Source of the DNA: Eledone cirrhosa
Lineage: Eukaryota
NCBI GenBank assembly: GCA_964016885.1
Contig: OZ024757.1
Coordinates: 41,602,001-41,666,000 of the forward strand
DNA: 64,000 nucleotides
Reading direction: 5' to 3'
The translations under genes and the position numbers were made by a program. The stretch's first letter is position 1. Every line of letters starts with the position of its first letter. This document shows, piece by piece, positions 12,799 through 27,995 of this stretch. A model generated the notes under the pieces. The model searched no databases, was not told the origin of the DNA, and saw only the letters and a list, made by a program, of their open reading frames with translations.

Positions 12799-14089
12799 TG
12801 TGTGTATTATGTATATATATATATGTATATATGTGTATATATATATATATATAAAGTATATATGTGTATGTATATATATATATATATATATAAAACGTAT
12901 TATATATATATATATATATAAAGTATAAATGTGTGTATATATATATATGTATATATATATATGTATGCTTTTGCCAGAGAAAAACCTTTTAGTTCAAAAT
13001 GATATGGAACATTTTGTGGTTTCAACCTTGCTGACACAATTTTAGTTGGTCCCTTAAGCAAGGTAATCTAAGCCAGGTTGCACAGCCATTCAAATATAAA
13101 GGTAAAATAAACAGTGACTCTCTCTTTCTTCCACTGCGTAATTTACTTTACGCAGCCGACTGTGTATGTGATATCACCTTTGCACCGATATTTCATAGAA
13201 AATAGCTAGAACCTGAAAAAAAACCGATTCAATGCATGGTTAAACATATATGTGCTCAGTCCACGAAAACATTGGTTGATTGTAGCATTTGGGGGAGTGG
13301 AGGGCGATTGGGTTTTTGTGGTGGGGAAGGGCATTGAGGTTTGGAGGGGAAGGGTTATAGAGTGTTTATTGCAGTTGTACAGTTGTATGTTTTGTTGAGT
13401 ATATCATCATAAATAATATGTACTGGAAACGTTGAGGGGGGTGGGGTAGTGGTTGGTGGTGGAGTGGGGGGTTATTTACTTGTGTGTTTTTATTGAGTAC
13501 TTCATCACAAATATTCTGAACTGGAAAGTATCTTTGGTCACAAAAAACTTTCACCATTTTTTTATTTTGTTTATGTGTGTGTAAATGTATGTTTGTGTGT
13601 GTTTTGATGTGTGTGTGTGGGGGTTTGGATATATGCGCATATTTATTTGGATGTGTATGTATGTGTTTGAATGGTTTGTGTGTGTGTATGGATGTGTGAG
13701 AGAGAGTGTGTGTGTGTGGTAAGAAAAATTATGGAAGAAATTAAACAATAGAAGATGTATTTTATTCAGTTAAGAAGCCTTAAAAGAATAATAATAGTAA
13801 TAATAATAAGAAGAAGGAGAAGGTCAAGAAGTAGAAAGAGAAGCCAAGAAGAAGAAGAAACGGGGGGTGAAGGGGGATAAAAAGGGGTCATGGCAGCGAA
13901 TATGGAAATTTCTCAGCAGAGCACACATATGCACACAGGCATGCATTGAAAAAAAAATTGCATTCATGAATGCATCAACGTACATGTGTATGTATATATA
14001 CATATGTATGTGTTTTTATATATATATACACATTTGTCTTACACATGGTAGCGTAGAAAAATGGACATTAAACAGTGATGATATGTATG

Positions 14090-14370
14090 TGTATATACGC
14101 ACACATACCTATATATATATGTGTATATACACACACATACCTATATATATATATGTGTATATACACACACATACCTATATATATGTGTGTATATACACAC
14201 ACAAACCTATATATATGTGTATATACGCACACATACCTATATATATGTGTATATACGCACACATACCTATATATATGTGTATATACGCACACATACCTAT
14301 ATATATGTGTATATATACACACACATACCTATATATATGTGTATATACGCACACATACCTATATATATAT
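14090..14370. repeat. ~30-bp minisatellite ATATACGCACACATACCTATATATATGTGT
   Basis: About 9 tandem copies. Confidence 0.85.
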
Positions 14371-14460
14371 GTATATATACACATATATGTGTGCATGTGA
14401 AAGGAAAATTCAGCAAAATGATATCATAATCGTCATATATATATATATATATATATATAT

Positions 14461-14500
<40 letters not shown>

Positions 14501-15295
14501 CATACATATATACATGTATATAATGATATGTATATATGTTTACATATATATACACAAAAATCATACATATAAATATATATATATATATACATATACACAC
14601 AGTCAAACACAGACACGCACATATATATATATGTGTGTGTGTGTATATATATATGTGTGTGTGTGTGTGTACACATGTTTATCTGTTGTTAAAAAGGTCA
14701 TTTTTCTCAATGTAAACACTATTTATATGTATAACATGTATGCGTGAGTGTGTATGCTCTGTTTTTCTGTATGTTTACACGTGTGCATGTATGTGTCTCT
14801 ATGTATGTGTGTGTGTGTGTGTATGCATGCATGTGTGTCTCTATGTACGTGTGTGTGTGTATGCATGTATGTGTGTCTCTGTGTTTGTCTCTATATGTTT
14901 GTGTATATCTGTATCTGTCTGTGTGTCTGTGTGTGCATGTATGTATGTCTTTATATATGTGTCCCTATATGAGTATCTCTATATGTCTGTGTATTTGTGT
15001 ATATATCTGTGTGTGTCTATATATGTGTGTATGTGTGTCTGTCTGTGTATATCTATGTGTATATCTATGTGAGTCTCTGTGTATCTCTATATGTGTCTCT
15101 ATATGTATGTATCTGTGTGTGTATATATGTATATATGTGTATGTCTCTCTCTCTGTACAACCAATTATTATTTGACGGTGCTGTGATTGACATAACAGCA
15201 CAAACTTGACATGTAGATAGAACAACGTCAATTTTCCACTCTATCAATACTTAGATGTTTACTTCGCTGTCTTTTCTGGTCTCTATCTCATATTG

Positions 15296-15332
<37 letters not shown>

Positions 15333-15349
15333 AAAATATATATATATAA

Positions 15350-15392
15350 ACAAGCCTCTGTATAGAAATGCTTCCATACATGTAAATATATC

Positions 15393-15491
<99 letters not shown>

Positions 15492-15551
15492 ATATATATA
15501 TATATATATATATATTTATATGTATGGAAGCATTTCTATGCAGGGGCTTGT
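15350..15551. repeat. Inverted repeat around a (TA)n/TAATA tract
   Basis: ACAAGCCTCTGTATAGAAATGCTTCCATACAT vs ATGTATGGAAGCATTTCTATGCAGGGGCTTGT. Confidence 0.75.
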
Positions 15552-15595
15552 ATGGATATATATATATATAGAGAGAGAGATATGTGTGTGTGTGG

Positions 15596-15640
<45 letters not shown>

Positions 15641-15654
15641 TGTGTGTGTGTATA

Positions 15655-15905
15655 TCATCATCATCATCATCATCAACGTTTAACGTCCGTGTTCCACGCT
15701 TGCATGGGTTTGGACGGGGGTAGTCCCACTTGAGGCAAGAGTGATTGTCTTGCTCGCATAGGACTGTCTGGCAGGTTTTCTACAGTTGGATGCCCTTCCT
15801 AACACCAACCACATTTACAGTGTGGGTCTGGGAGGTTTTTACCGTGTTGCCTACACGGCCACATTACAGCGTGGACTGTGTGTTTTTTTGTCGTGACACC
15901 TACAC
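15655..15905 (-). mobile_element. SINE 3' part with RTE-type tail
   Basis: (CAT)n-TTTAACGTCC...GGATGCCCTTCCTAACACCAACC; near-identical to the copies at 22055 and 38105. Confidence 0.85.
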
Positions 15906-16513
15906 GGTATATAGATATATATATTTGTGTGTATGCATTTATGCGTATATGTATTTTGTATAAATGTATATATATGTATTTCTATGTATATTTATGTCTA
16001 AGTATTCATATGTATATAAGAAACACAGTGAGAGAGACTGAGAGTGAAATACAGATAGATATCACCATAATAACTAACTACACAGCAAATAATGCTGTCC
16101 TACCAATACTGCCAGCTTGTTGCCAACCATTGTTGCTCTGTTTAGATGTTCTTTACTTGAGACACTGTTCACAAACAGAGACATTTTACACTCAGGAAAA
16201 TTGTTCTTGATGAGAGGCATTTGTGAGCCAACGTTCTACTATAGCACAAAACATTTTATCCGACGCTCTAACAATTTGCCGCCTGTCTAGATTATATTCC
16301 ATATTTAATATAAATTAAATAATTTTTAAGAATAATCTAATAACAAAATAATTGATGAGATAATTATTAGTATTTGAGAAAATTGCCATTAGACGAAAAC
16401 ACTTTTAGGACAAACAGAAGTGATTTTCTATCAAAGACACATTTTTTCTTATGTATTTTTTTTTGTAAATTGTTTCAGTGAAATACATTTCCAGCCACAG
16501 ACACGTTGAGTCA

Positions 16514-16660
16514 TGGCTGTAGGGTTAAACAGCTTTGATTTGCAGCTATATGGTGTCAGGTTCAATCCCGTTGTGTGGCAACTCATCTACTTTCGGCCTA
16601 GCTTCAACAATTACTTCTGAGTGAAATTTGGTAGCTGGAAATTTGGCAGAAGCCCATCAT
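16514..16660 (+). mobile_element. OR-type (octopus-like) SINE, degenerate
   Basis: TGGCTGT.GGGTTAA head, GGTTCAATCCC B box, TGAGTGAAATTTGGTAG.TGGAA..AGAAGCCC end. Confidence 0.65.
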
Positions 16661-16667
16661 ATATATA

Positions 16668-16720
<53 letters not shown>

Positions 16721-17080
16721 ATATGTTGGCATGGGTTGGAATGGACTTTTTGAGGCAATATTTTACAGCTGGATACCCTTTTAGCCACTTCTTACAACAT
16801 GCATTATATATATATATATATCGACAGTCGGTCAACTTTCGTCAAATCAGACCAAGTAAACAATGTTTCCATTGGTCTTTCCAATTGCTAATACTATCTA
16901 TTGGTCACAACTCTAGGAAGAAGGAGCAACTATATTATAACATGTACAAAAAATTGATGTTAGCGAAGCTGGCTTTCTCCGTTCTTAGGTTTTCAAAACA
17001 TTTCTTATTAGGTTAAATTGTCCTTTCATTATATATACATACATGTGTGTACATATATGTATGTACCTATATATATATAT

Positions 17081-17365
17081 CTCAGACCGGGTGATGTGTT
17101 GTTTCCTTGAGCAAGGCACTTTATTTCACATTGCTCCAGTTTACTCAGCTGTAGAAATGAGATGATAGGGACTGGGGTCCATATCATTCCTCTGCAAAGT
17201 GGTTGTGGAGGTGCCATGGCAAAAAAGCACCCAGCACTCACTGTAAATGAGGTTGCTGTTAGGAAGGGCATCCAGCTGTAGAAATCAAGCCAGCATCAGT
17301 TCCCGTCCCACCCTTGCAAGCAGGGAAAAAGCGGACGTAAAATGAAATGAATGAAATGATGATGA
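17081..17365 (+). mobile_element. 5'-truncated copy of the SINE at 5766
   Basis: High similarity to 5841-6123. Confidence 0.88.
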
Positions 17366-18134
17366 TATATATACACATACATATATATTTATTAACATTT
17401 TTTTAAAAGATATTTTTTCAATAAATGTTTACAGGATGTTGGTAGATAATGTGGTAGAGTAGAGTAATAATGCCAGATTGTACTCTTCAAGAATGTCTTA
17501 GTAATGCAGTTCCATGTGGTACAGGACATTAATACTTAATATATATTTGCTTTGTGATTTTTCATACAAGAAAGAAACCATAAAAAAATAAAGGGGGGAA
17601 AAAAAAGAAAGAATATCTAGACAGCGAAATATCAATATTCCTTAGTTGACTTTTGCTGAACAAGTGTAATAGCCTACATCAACATTTTTGTATGCACTGT
17701 CAACCGACATTTGCGTAAACACACCATAAACCAGCTTCGCAAATTTTGGTGATGAAGATATAAAAACAAATGTAGTTTATAAAACAGAAAGCAGATCCTA
17801 TATTGATATAACTGGCGCCATCTAACCCAAACCGAAAGTCTCGGTGTACTGATGCGAAGCTTGTGAAACAACAATTTAGAAATATATTACCGAATTTAGC
17901 CCTCATTCGAAACAAATACAAATCTATTTACGATTCCAGAGTTTAAGTAGTTTCCTTATTCTTCAGAATTCTTCCCCTTCATTGAATAGTTCAAAGATAT
18001 CGTATCACTGGGTTCTCTCTCATCCTACTGTTCCTCCTCCTTCTCCCCTCCCACCTCACTAATGTTGATATATACATATATATATATATATATACAGATA
18101 TATATACAGATCTCTCTCTATATATATACAGATC

Positions 18135-18205
<71 letters not shown>

Positions 18206-18709
18206 CATATAATGTATATATATATATGTGTTGTCCATATAATGTATATATGTATATATGAATATATGTGTTGACAATGTTTATTTCCATATGGACATTA
18301 ATATATATACATATGTCTATATATATATATATACACGCACATATATATTCATATATATATATATATATATATATAGGTAATGCTTCTAATTCTTCCGGAT
18401 CATATAAAAGCTAGTGCTGTCATCGGGTAACAATGAAAAGGTTGGAGTCTCTAATAAGCTGCCAGTCCTTGAAGAGGATATTGCACTGACACAAGCTTTG
18501 TTATTATCTCCCATGTTATTACACTGACTTAACAACTCACTTCTACACCCAACACACATTGGATGTATGTGTATATATGTATATATATGTGTGTGGTGAG
18601 CGTAGACACGTGTGGGTAGGTATATATATATATATGAATATATGTATATGTGTGTAAATTATATATATATATGTGTATGTGTGTGTATATATATATATAT
18701 GTATGTATA

Positions 18710-18769
<60 letters not shown>

Positions 18770-18977
18770 TATATATACATATATATACATACATACATTC
18801 GGTAAACAAGGCTGCAATTCAATTAATAAAATACTCTTTAGCATCTACAATTTTACATTTTCCTCATTCTCTCTCTATATATATATATATATTGTTTATT
18901 ACATAATATTAATAATTACGCTCTGTTGCCTACATAGAGCACTCTTTTTTCCTGGACTTTTCCGATGGAATTACTTC

Positions 18978-19021
<44 letters not shown>

Positions 19022-19043
19022 ACATGAAGAATAAGTCAACAGG

Positions 19044-19104
19044 TTCTGTCTGATGAGGTCATAGCTGTTGCATAATAGTTATCACTGAAATATATATAAC
19101 AGTG
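19044..19104 (+). ncRNA. Minimal type I hammerhead ribozyme (family D) in a ~240-bp element (19020-19260)
   Basis: CTGT-CTGATGA-GGT C ATAGCTGTT GCAT AATAGTTAT C ACT-GAAA-TATATA-TA-ACAG; tail motif at 19160-19207. Confidence 0.75.
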
Positions 19105-19261
19105 ACTATGAATAAACAAAGTTAATTTTAACCCGTTGACTTACACTTCTTGTTTATAAATATACTCCAGAGTAAACAGACCCACCCGTGCACTTCGTAG
19201 AGTTCTCTACCTGTGTACTTAAGTGTTAGTGATTAAACAACATATACTCGAATTAATATTA

Positions 19262-19440
19262 TCATCATCATCATCGTTTAACGTCCATCTTCCATGCTAG
19301 CATGGGTTGGACAGTTTTGTCCCACTTGAGGTAAGATTGGTCAGGAGACTGTCTTGCTCGTACAGAACTGTCCTTGGCAGGTTTTCTACAGCTGGATGCC
19401 CTTCCTAACACCAACCACATCTACAGTGTGGACTGGCAGC
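19262..19440 (-). mobile_element. SINE 3' part with RTE-type tail
   Basis: CGTTTAACGTCCATCTTCCATGCTAGCATGGG...GGATGCCCTTCCTAAC. Confidence 0.8.
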
Positions 19441-19443
19441 CTT

Positions 19444-19500
<57 letters not shown>

Positions 19501-19575
19501 TTGATGAGGGTTTAGGTAGTAGTATGAATATAATTATTCATTTCTTTCTAGGTATATTGTGTTGACACTAGTAAT

Positions 19576-19840
19576 ATGAGGTTACATAACTACTATCAAT
19601 TAGTCACTACTATGAGATTATATAACTACTATCGATTAGTCACTACTATGAGATTATATAACTATTATCAAGTAGTCACTACTATGAGGTTACATAACTA
19701 TTATCGATTAGTCACTACTATGAGAATATATAACTATTATCACGTAGTCACTACTATGAGGTTACATAACTATTATCGATTAGTCACTACTATGAGATTA
19801 TATAACTATTATCGATTAGTCACTACTATGAGATTATATA
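19576..19840. repeat. 36-bp minisatellite, about 7 copies
   Basis: ATGAGRTTAYATAACTAYTATCRATTAGTCACTACT repeated. Confidence 0.92.
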
Positions 19841-19920
19841 TATTTGTCTTGTGCTGTAAGTTTTCCTGAGCCCAAATATGTGTAGTAACAAAAGCTAATT
19901 CCTTCAGCACACAGCCATAC

Positions 19921-19976
<56 letters not shown>

Positions 19977-20581
19977 CTTGGTGTGTTGTAACGTAGCTTT
20001 GTAAATTCGTTATTATGAACATTTTGATGTAACACATAAGATATCAAGTGTTATCTGCGTTTGTATTTTTACTTTCATGTGTGTTCTTTATATCAATACT
20101 CTAAACTCCAGATTAAAATTGCTTCTGTAGTTGAAAGGATAGTTTTTTTGTTATTCTTCACCAATTTATATGCTCTTATTTGTTTGTGAATTAAGTCATC
20201 TGTGGTTTGTATTTATTTCATATTATCTAATACACATTACATCAACCTCTGCTAATAAAACATTCATATACTGTTTATATTTTGTAGCTTCCTTTCATAT
20301 AAGTTGACGGTTTTTGTGTTGTATTTTTTTCTTTTTGGTAGTTGTTGGTGGTGGTTGTTGTTGTTGCTGTTTTGTTTTGTTAGTTGTTGTGGTTGTTGTT
20401 TAGTTTTTGTTATCAGTACATCTGTGATATTGGTTTAGAAATTGTATATATTTGAATGGAATGGAATGGAATGGGCCTTCATCTGTAGCAATGATGAGCG
20501 TTTCAGTGTTGATGAATGTGGTGCTAGTGTTGGTGAGACAATGGGATGAAGACATGTTAAAAACAGATAGCGTTAATATTA

Positions 20582-20762
20582 TGGCAGTGAATTAGCTGAA
20601 TCAGTAGAGCGTCAGACAACATAACATGCTTCACAGCACATAATGACATCCCTTTACGTTCTGAGTTTAAATCCTGCCAAAATTGTCTTTGCTTTTCATC
20701 CTTAAGGAGTCAATAAAATTAAAGTACCAGTAATGTACTGGGGGTTGATTTAATCAACTTTA
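20582..20762 (+). mobile_element. OK-type SINE
   Basis: CCTTTACGTTCTGAGTT.AAATCC..TTTCATCC..TAAAGTACCAG..TACTGGGG. Confidence 0.75.
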
Positions 20763-21666
20763 ATGAACTGTGGGAAAAGAATTCAAAGATGTTTGGACAA
20801 GTTATCTCATCTACAGCACTGAAGAGGTTAAATTTAATGCATATTGTGTGATGAGGGGCCGACCAAATAGCTAATACTCTATTCATCGGACTGACTAATT
20901 GGTAAGTAATTTGGCAATTTACCAGTCTTAATTCCAACACCAGAACATCTTAGCCTCCTATCAATCAATATTTATCTAACACAAGTGGGATAAATAGTGT
21001 CAATTGCTTGACGCTGCTTAATTAGGTTTTATCCATATTGATTTTAAACAGTATCTACAACACTATTTATATATTACATCATGCAAGTCGAACTTAATGT
21101 TGTAAATTATGTTGTTAAGGAGAACGCAGCAGCAGTAATCTGCAGGCTTCCCTCTAACTTGCTCTAAATTTACTGTTAGTTGAACTTTCCTCTAGGGCTG
21201 GATTTAATGGAGGGCAAGGGTAGCAATTTCCCTGGGCCCTCTGTAGTGGGGGGCTCCCCAGTGACAGCCATAGCAATTTATTTGTAACCCCAACTGGGCT
21301 TTTTAGTTTTAAGATGGTTTGAATTTTTGAAATGTATTACCTGTATGTAATGTATAAATTTTCAATTACTTACACCAAGCTAACTTTGATATGTAAAATT
21401 GGTGGGGTTTGCTGTGTATTCTAATTTTTTTGTATATAATAGCACTAGAAAGATTATTTGAGAATCAGTTATGTATAAGTGTGGTGTGATGTTATAATCA
21501 AATTGTTTGCTAGACATGAGAGATGTAAAATCTAATAAACTCTAGCTTTAATTAGCTGAAGAAAATATACTTGACTATAATATATCTAGTGTTGAAGTGT
21601 CCACAGAGAAAATACTGCAGATTTTAATTTGTATGTTTCATATATATGTGTGTGTGTATGTCTGTA

Positions 21667-21697
<31 letters not shown>

Positions 21698-21758
21698 ATA
21701 TATATGTGCATATATATACGTATATATATATATATATGTATATAAATATATGTATATG

Positions 21759-21903
<145 letters not shown>

Positions 21904-22054
21904 GTATATGTATATATATGTATATGTATATATATATGTGTATATGTATATATATATATATATATATCTAGGGGGTGTATATATATATATATATATATAT
22001 ATAAATATATGTATATATAAATATATATATATATATAAATATATATATATAAAT

Positions 22055-22332
22055 ATCATCATCATCATCATCGTTTAACGTCCATATTCCACGCTTGCAT
22101 GGGTTTGGACGGGGGTTTTCCCACTTGAGGCAAGAGTGGTTGTCTTGCTCGCATAGGACTGTCTGGCGGGTTTTCTACGGCTGGATGCCCTTCCTAACAC
22201 CAACCACATTTACAGTGTGGAACTGGGAGGTTTTTACCGTGTTGCCTACACGGCCACATTACAGCGTGGACTGTGTGTTTTTTTGTCGTGACACCTACAC
22301 GACCTCATTTGTTTCGGGCTGGATGTTGTGAT
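22055..22332 (-). mobile_element. SINE 3' part with RTE-type tail
   Basis: Near-identical to 15655-15905. Confidence 0.85.
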
Positions 22333-22358
22333 ATAAATATATATATATATATAAATAA

Positions 22359-22393
<35 letters not shown>

Positions 22394-22397
22394 AATA

Positions 22398-22772
22398 AAT
22401 ATATATATATATATATCTCCAGCCTGTATAGGTTGGCCACTGGTGTAAGAGGGAGTTTGTTGCTGCTGCCCTTAGGTTTCCCTCGTGCCTTGATGTGGGC
22501 TCATCCGGGATCCTGGATAACAAGGTGTCGAGATGTTTCTTGAAGACATCCACCTCTACGTCATGCAAATCTCTCAGATCCCTCGGCAGCTTGCTGAAGA
22601 GTTGAGGGCTCTTGAATCCCAGGCTATTGCAATACCTGCTCCTTATTCTAGATGTGGAAGACGGGACCTTTGGCACCACACAGTGACGTCCACAATGCCA
22701 AAGTTTGGTGCTAGTCCCTCCAGGATTTTCCACATGTAGATCACTGCGTATCTCTCCTGTCTTCGTTCCAAG
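22398..22772 (-). mobile_element. CR1-like LINE 3' end (C-terminus of ORF2)
   Basis: GRHCVVP...NSLGFKSPQLFSKLPRDLRDLHDVEVDVFKKHLDTLLSRIPDEP...RAAATNSLLHQ, typical of the CR1-group ORF2 C-terminus. Confidence 0.8.
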
Positions 22773-22844
22773 GATATATATATATATTTATGTATATGTA
22801 TATATATAAATATATATGTATATATATATATATATATATGTATG

Positions 22845-22875
<31 letters not shown>

Positions 22876-22926
22876 GTATGTATATATATATATATGTATG
22901 TATATATATATAAATATATATGTATG

Positions 22927-22957
<31 letters not shown>

Positions 22958-23450
22958 ATGTATATATATAAATATATATGTATATATACATATCTCATCA
23001 TCATCATTTCCATGTGTGTATATATATATATATGTATATATATAAATATATATGTATATATATGTATATATACATATCTCATCATCATCATTTCTATGTG
23101 TGTGTATATATATGTATAAATGTACAGTTTATTTGTTATATTTGTATATCAATGAGAAATGATGTCTATTTGCTGTAAATGTATTGTAAGCAGATGAGAT
23201 GCGAGATTGTATAGCATCTACAATATCTAATACTATAGTGAGAGAGCTATACTATATTTAATGCTTTCAAGTTTACATTTGAACTTGTAAATAGCACCAC
23301 GTATATCCAGAACCCATTCACTTTTTCTCGGTTTGTTCTTACTGAAGAGATTTATAATGTTTGCAAAATTTATAAGTATATATATAGTTATTATTAATGA
23401 GGTTTTACTATAACATCTAATGTAGATTGGTCTTTCATTTCATGAGCTTG

Positions 23451-23487
<37 letters not shown>

Positions 23488-23907
23488 ATTTATTTTGGTG
23501 TATATATGTATGTATATATGTATATATATATATAGATATATATATATTTATGTGCATATATAGAGATATAGATAAGAGTGTGTGTATGTGTGTAGGCTCT
23601 TAAATTATGATTATATATACATACGTATATATATAAATATATATATATATGTATATATTTATATATATATATATGTATATATATGTAAGTATATATATAT
23701 ATGTATATATTTATATATATATATATGTATATATATGTAAGTATATATATATATGCATATATTTATATATATATATATGTATATATATGTAAGTATATAT
23801 ATATGTATATATTTATATATATATATGTATATATATGTATATATTTATATATATATATGTATATATATGTAAGTATATATATATATATGTATGTATATAT
23901 ATGTAAG

Positions 23908-23938
<31 letters not shown>

Positions 23939-24105
23939 GAGTCATTGTGCATATGAGTGTATCTGTATATACATTCATTTATATAACCATGGACGAGTGG
24001 ACATAAAATAATGAGTGGGCATGTATATATATATATACACACATATATATATATATATATATACACACATTATACATATATATATATTATACATATATAT
24101 ATATA

Positions 24106-24151
<46 letters not shown>

Positions 24152-24699
24152 TATACATATATATATACATTATACATATATATATATATACATTATACAT
24201 ATATATATAAATACATTATATATATATATATATATATATATACATTAACTGGACGTTAAAATCACTAAACTATATACAGACGTTCTCACGCAGATATATA
24301 TATATATATACATCCATGTGTGTATATATATTTTATACCACATTAATCTATTCTATCAGAACGATATATTTCATTCATCTAATAGACTTTATTTGTGATT
24401 AGAGGATTTCAGTTCTTCTTATGTCTGTTGTGTTCAGTGAATCTGAATTTAGTTTATCTATTCTTCTAGATACAAAATGATCTCGTAAATAATTTCACTA
24501 GATTTGCTGTTGCCTAACATTTCATTTTGGGATTTATTGTGGTCTTTATTGTGGTTTTTCGCAGTCTAATGAATCTTCTCTACATATAACTAAAGTGCCA
24601 GTAACAAATACTGCTAACAAAGACTCCATCCAGAAGCTGTGACTGTGAATTCCAAGAAGTTTCACTGGATATATATAGTTAACTATTTCAAATAGCTCG

Positions 24700-25105
24700 G
24701 AGTTCAGGGAGTCACTCCAGGTAGAGCTGCTATTTCTCCCAATTGGGAGATCACAGCTCTGATACTATGGACATGTGGTTAGAATGTCTCAGGAAAGAAT
24801 CACTGGACAGATTTGTAGCTCAGAGATCAGTCACTCCAGGTAGAGCTGCTACTTCTCCAAATTGAGAGATCACAGCTCTGATACTATGGACATGTGGTTA
24901 GAATGTCTCAGGAAAGAATCGCTGGATAGGTTTTACAGGTGAAACCAACCAGCAGGGGACCCAGAGGTAGACCCACTCTGAGGAAGATGTTTGGATAACA
25001 TCCTTGAGCTTCGTTGGTCTCGCTTGGGGATCCAGCCTGATCAGTTGGAGATGGTTGCTTCTGACAGGACCTACTGGAAGGAGTGTTTGAAGACTCTGCC
25101 CCTCT
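24700..25105 (+). mobile_element. RTE (Expander/Rex3-like) LINE 3' fragment with a ~120-bp internal tandem duplication
   Basis: LQVELLLLQIERSQL*YYGHVVRMSQERI...RGPRGRP...WSRLGIQPDQLEMVASDRTYW; GTCACTCCAGGTAGAGCTGCTA block occurs twice. Confidence 0.8.
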
Positions 25106-26169
25106 TTTAGAAATTAGTGGGCTAGGAAGAAGAAGAAGAAGAACAACAACAAAAAGAAGACATCTTGGGGGACATTTACACCTTTCTGGTAGCTGGGTGT
25201 ATATAAAAGACAAGTTCATCTACAAAACACATTACATACATTTGAATTGAAATAACATATTATTAAAACTCTTGAAATAAATTACATTAGCCAGTAGTTG
25301 TAAATATAAATTTAAAATATCTCTGGATTTGAATCGTTTTTTTTTTTGTTTTGTTTTGTTTTGTTTTGTTTTGTTTTGTTTTGTTTTGATCCTTTGGGTT
25401 TTTGTTGGGCTTTCTTTTTTGTGCATAGAAAAAAAACTTTCCAGGAAGATACATCAACCTGTTTAGTTTTAACCTATACTTGGGGCTATAATTTATAACT
25501 TTTTCAGAATATACAAGAATCTATTATCCTTGTTCAGAATTTTATCAACAAGAGGGATGAACATGTATGTAGCTTAAAGCAAGGAAACATTATAATGTTT
25601 AGGTCGTCTAACTGCTTTAAAAACAACCCTAGGTAATTATATCAACATAGATAAATATATACTAAGCTGAAGGGGGTACTTTGTTTATGAGTGCATATAT
25701 AACATTCAGATATTTACTGAACATACAGATATTTATTCAATACATGTGAGTAGAATTAATTTCCAAACAGAAAAAGGTGGCATTCAGAAGCAGAAGAGAC
25801 ATCAAAGCTGAAACTTCGAAGTCACTATCAATTTTTTTTTTTTTTTTTTTAAATAAATATACAATGGACCCTTGGTTCACAAACATTTCACATGAATAAA
25901 TCAGTACACAAACAATTGTTCCGAGCATAAAATATTTATGTTAATAAACCGTATCTTGAGTAACGAACACACAAACTGGCAACAATGGTTGGTGACAGGC
26001 TGGTTGTATCGGTGGGAAAGCTTCTCTTGTTATGTAGTTAGTTACTATAGTGATATTTATTGGTCTTTCACACACACACACACTCTGTCTATCTATCTAT
26101 CTATCTCTCTCTCTCAATATGGGAAAAATAGTTTTGGTTTAAGAAAATTTCAGATGACGAACGGGTTAT

Positions 26170-26335
26170 ATGTTGTGTTCTTGAGTAAAACACTTCATTT
26201 CACATTGCTCCAGTATACTCAGCTGAAAATGAGTACCAGTAATATCTGGGGGTTTAACCCTGCGATGGACTAACATCCTATCCAGGAGGGTTGTCTTTTA
26301 CACTCAGTCGCTTCATGCCACGGAAACCAGGGTAA
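26170..26335 (+). mobile_element. SINE fragment (CCCTGCGATGGACT...GTCGCTTCATGC family)
   Basis: Homologous to 51622-51835. Confidence 0.75.
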
Positions 26336-26779
26336 TCATTATTATTATCAATATTATTATTATTATTAGTAGTAGTAGTAGTAGTAGTAGTAAATAATTA
26401 AATAGTTTTGTAAGTAAATACTTATCATTTCCTATTTAGAACTGTTAAAGCTTTTGGTTTTATTAGTTGCTAACTCTCTCTCTCTCCCTCTTTGGCTCTC
26501 TCTCTCCCTCTCTAGCTCTCTCTCTCTCCGCTCTCCCCCTCTGCCTCCCTCTCATATAACAATATATATATTATTTTTATCATTACTTTTTATTATTATT
26601 TTGTCCACTGTTTGTTTATTTGTTTCTTAAACGAGGACAACAACAACAAAAACAACAAACCAGACAGAAAAAATATTGTTATTACTAAATAATGAGTCTT
26701 TATTATTAAACCATAAAATAACAACAATAATAAGATGATGAAGAAGAAAAAGAATGGTAATAATAACAAAAAATAATAG

Positions 26780-27515
<736 letters not shown>

Positions 27516-27944
27516 ACAAAATAATAATAATAAGGTTGTAGTGCACCTGAGCACTGTTCACAATAATTTTCATTATTACTATTATTATTATTATCATAAT
27601 GATAATAATAATAATAAAATAAAACAAATAGAAACTAATAATAATAACAAGATAAATAAAACAAAGACAGACATAAAATTATTCACCTAGGACTCTAATA
27701 GCTATATTACACTCTGAGATATGAAAATTAAAGAAATATCTTTTTAAAAAGCAATATATATATATATATATTTGGATATATATATATATGGATATACATA
27801 TATATATATATATGGATATATATATGGATATACATATATATATATATGGATATATATATGGATATATATATATATATATATATTATTCATAAATATATAG
27901 AGTTAGTTCCACTACAAATTAGCAAACCATACTCGAGGACGCGT

Positions 27945-27995
<51 letters not shown>

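Noticed and set aside
19576-19869. 36-bp repeats (CRISPR repeat length) and ORF (MRLHNYYRLVTT)n
   Set aside because: Units are directly adjacent with no spacers; ordinary minisatellite
21194-21260. Possible hAT-like terminal repeat (AGGGCTGGATTTAA..GGGCCC)
   Set aside because: No matching opposite terminus or target-site duplication identified
23330-23400. CTGAAGAG as a possible hammerhead
   Set aside because: No downstream GAAA or stem I partner found; same problem at 33301 and 17849
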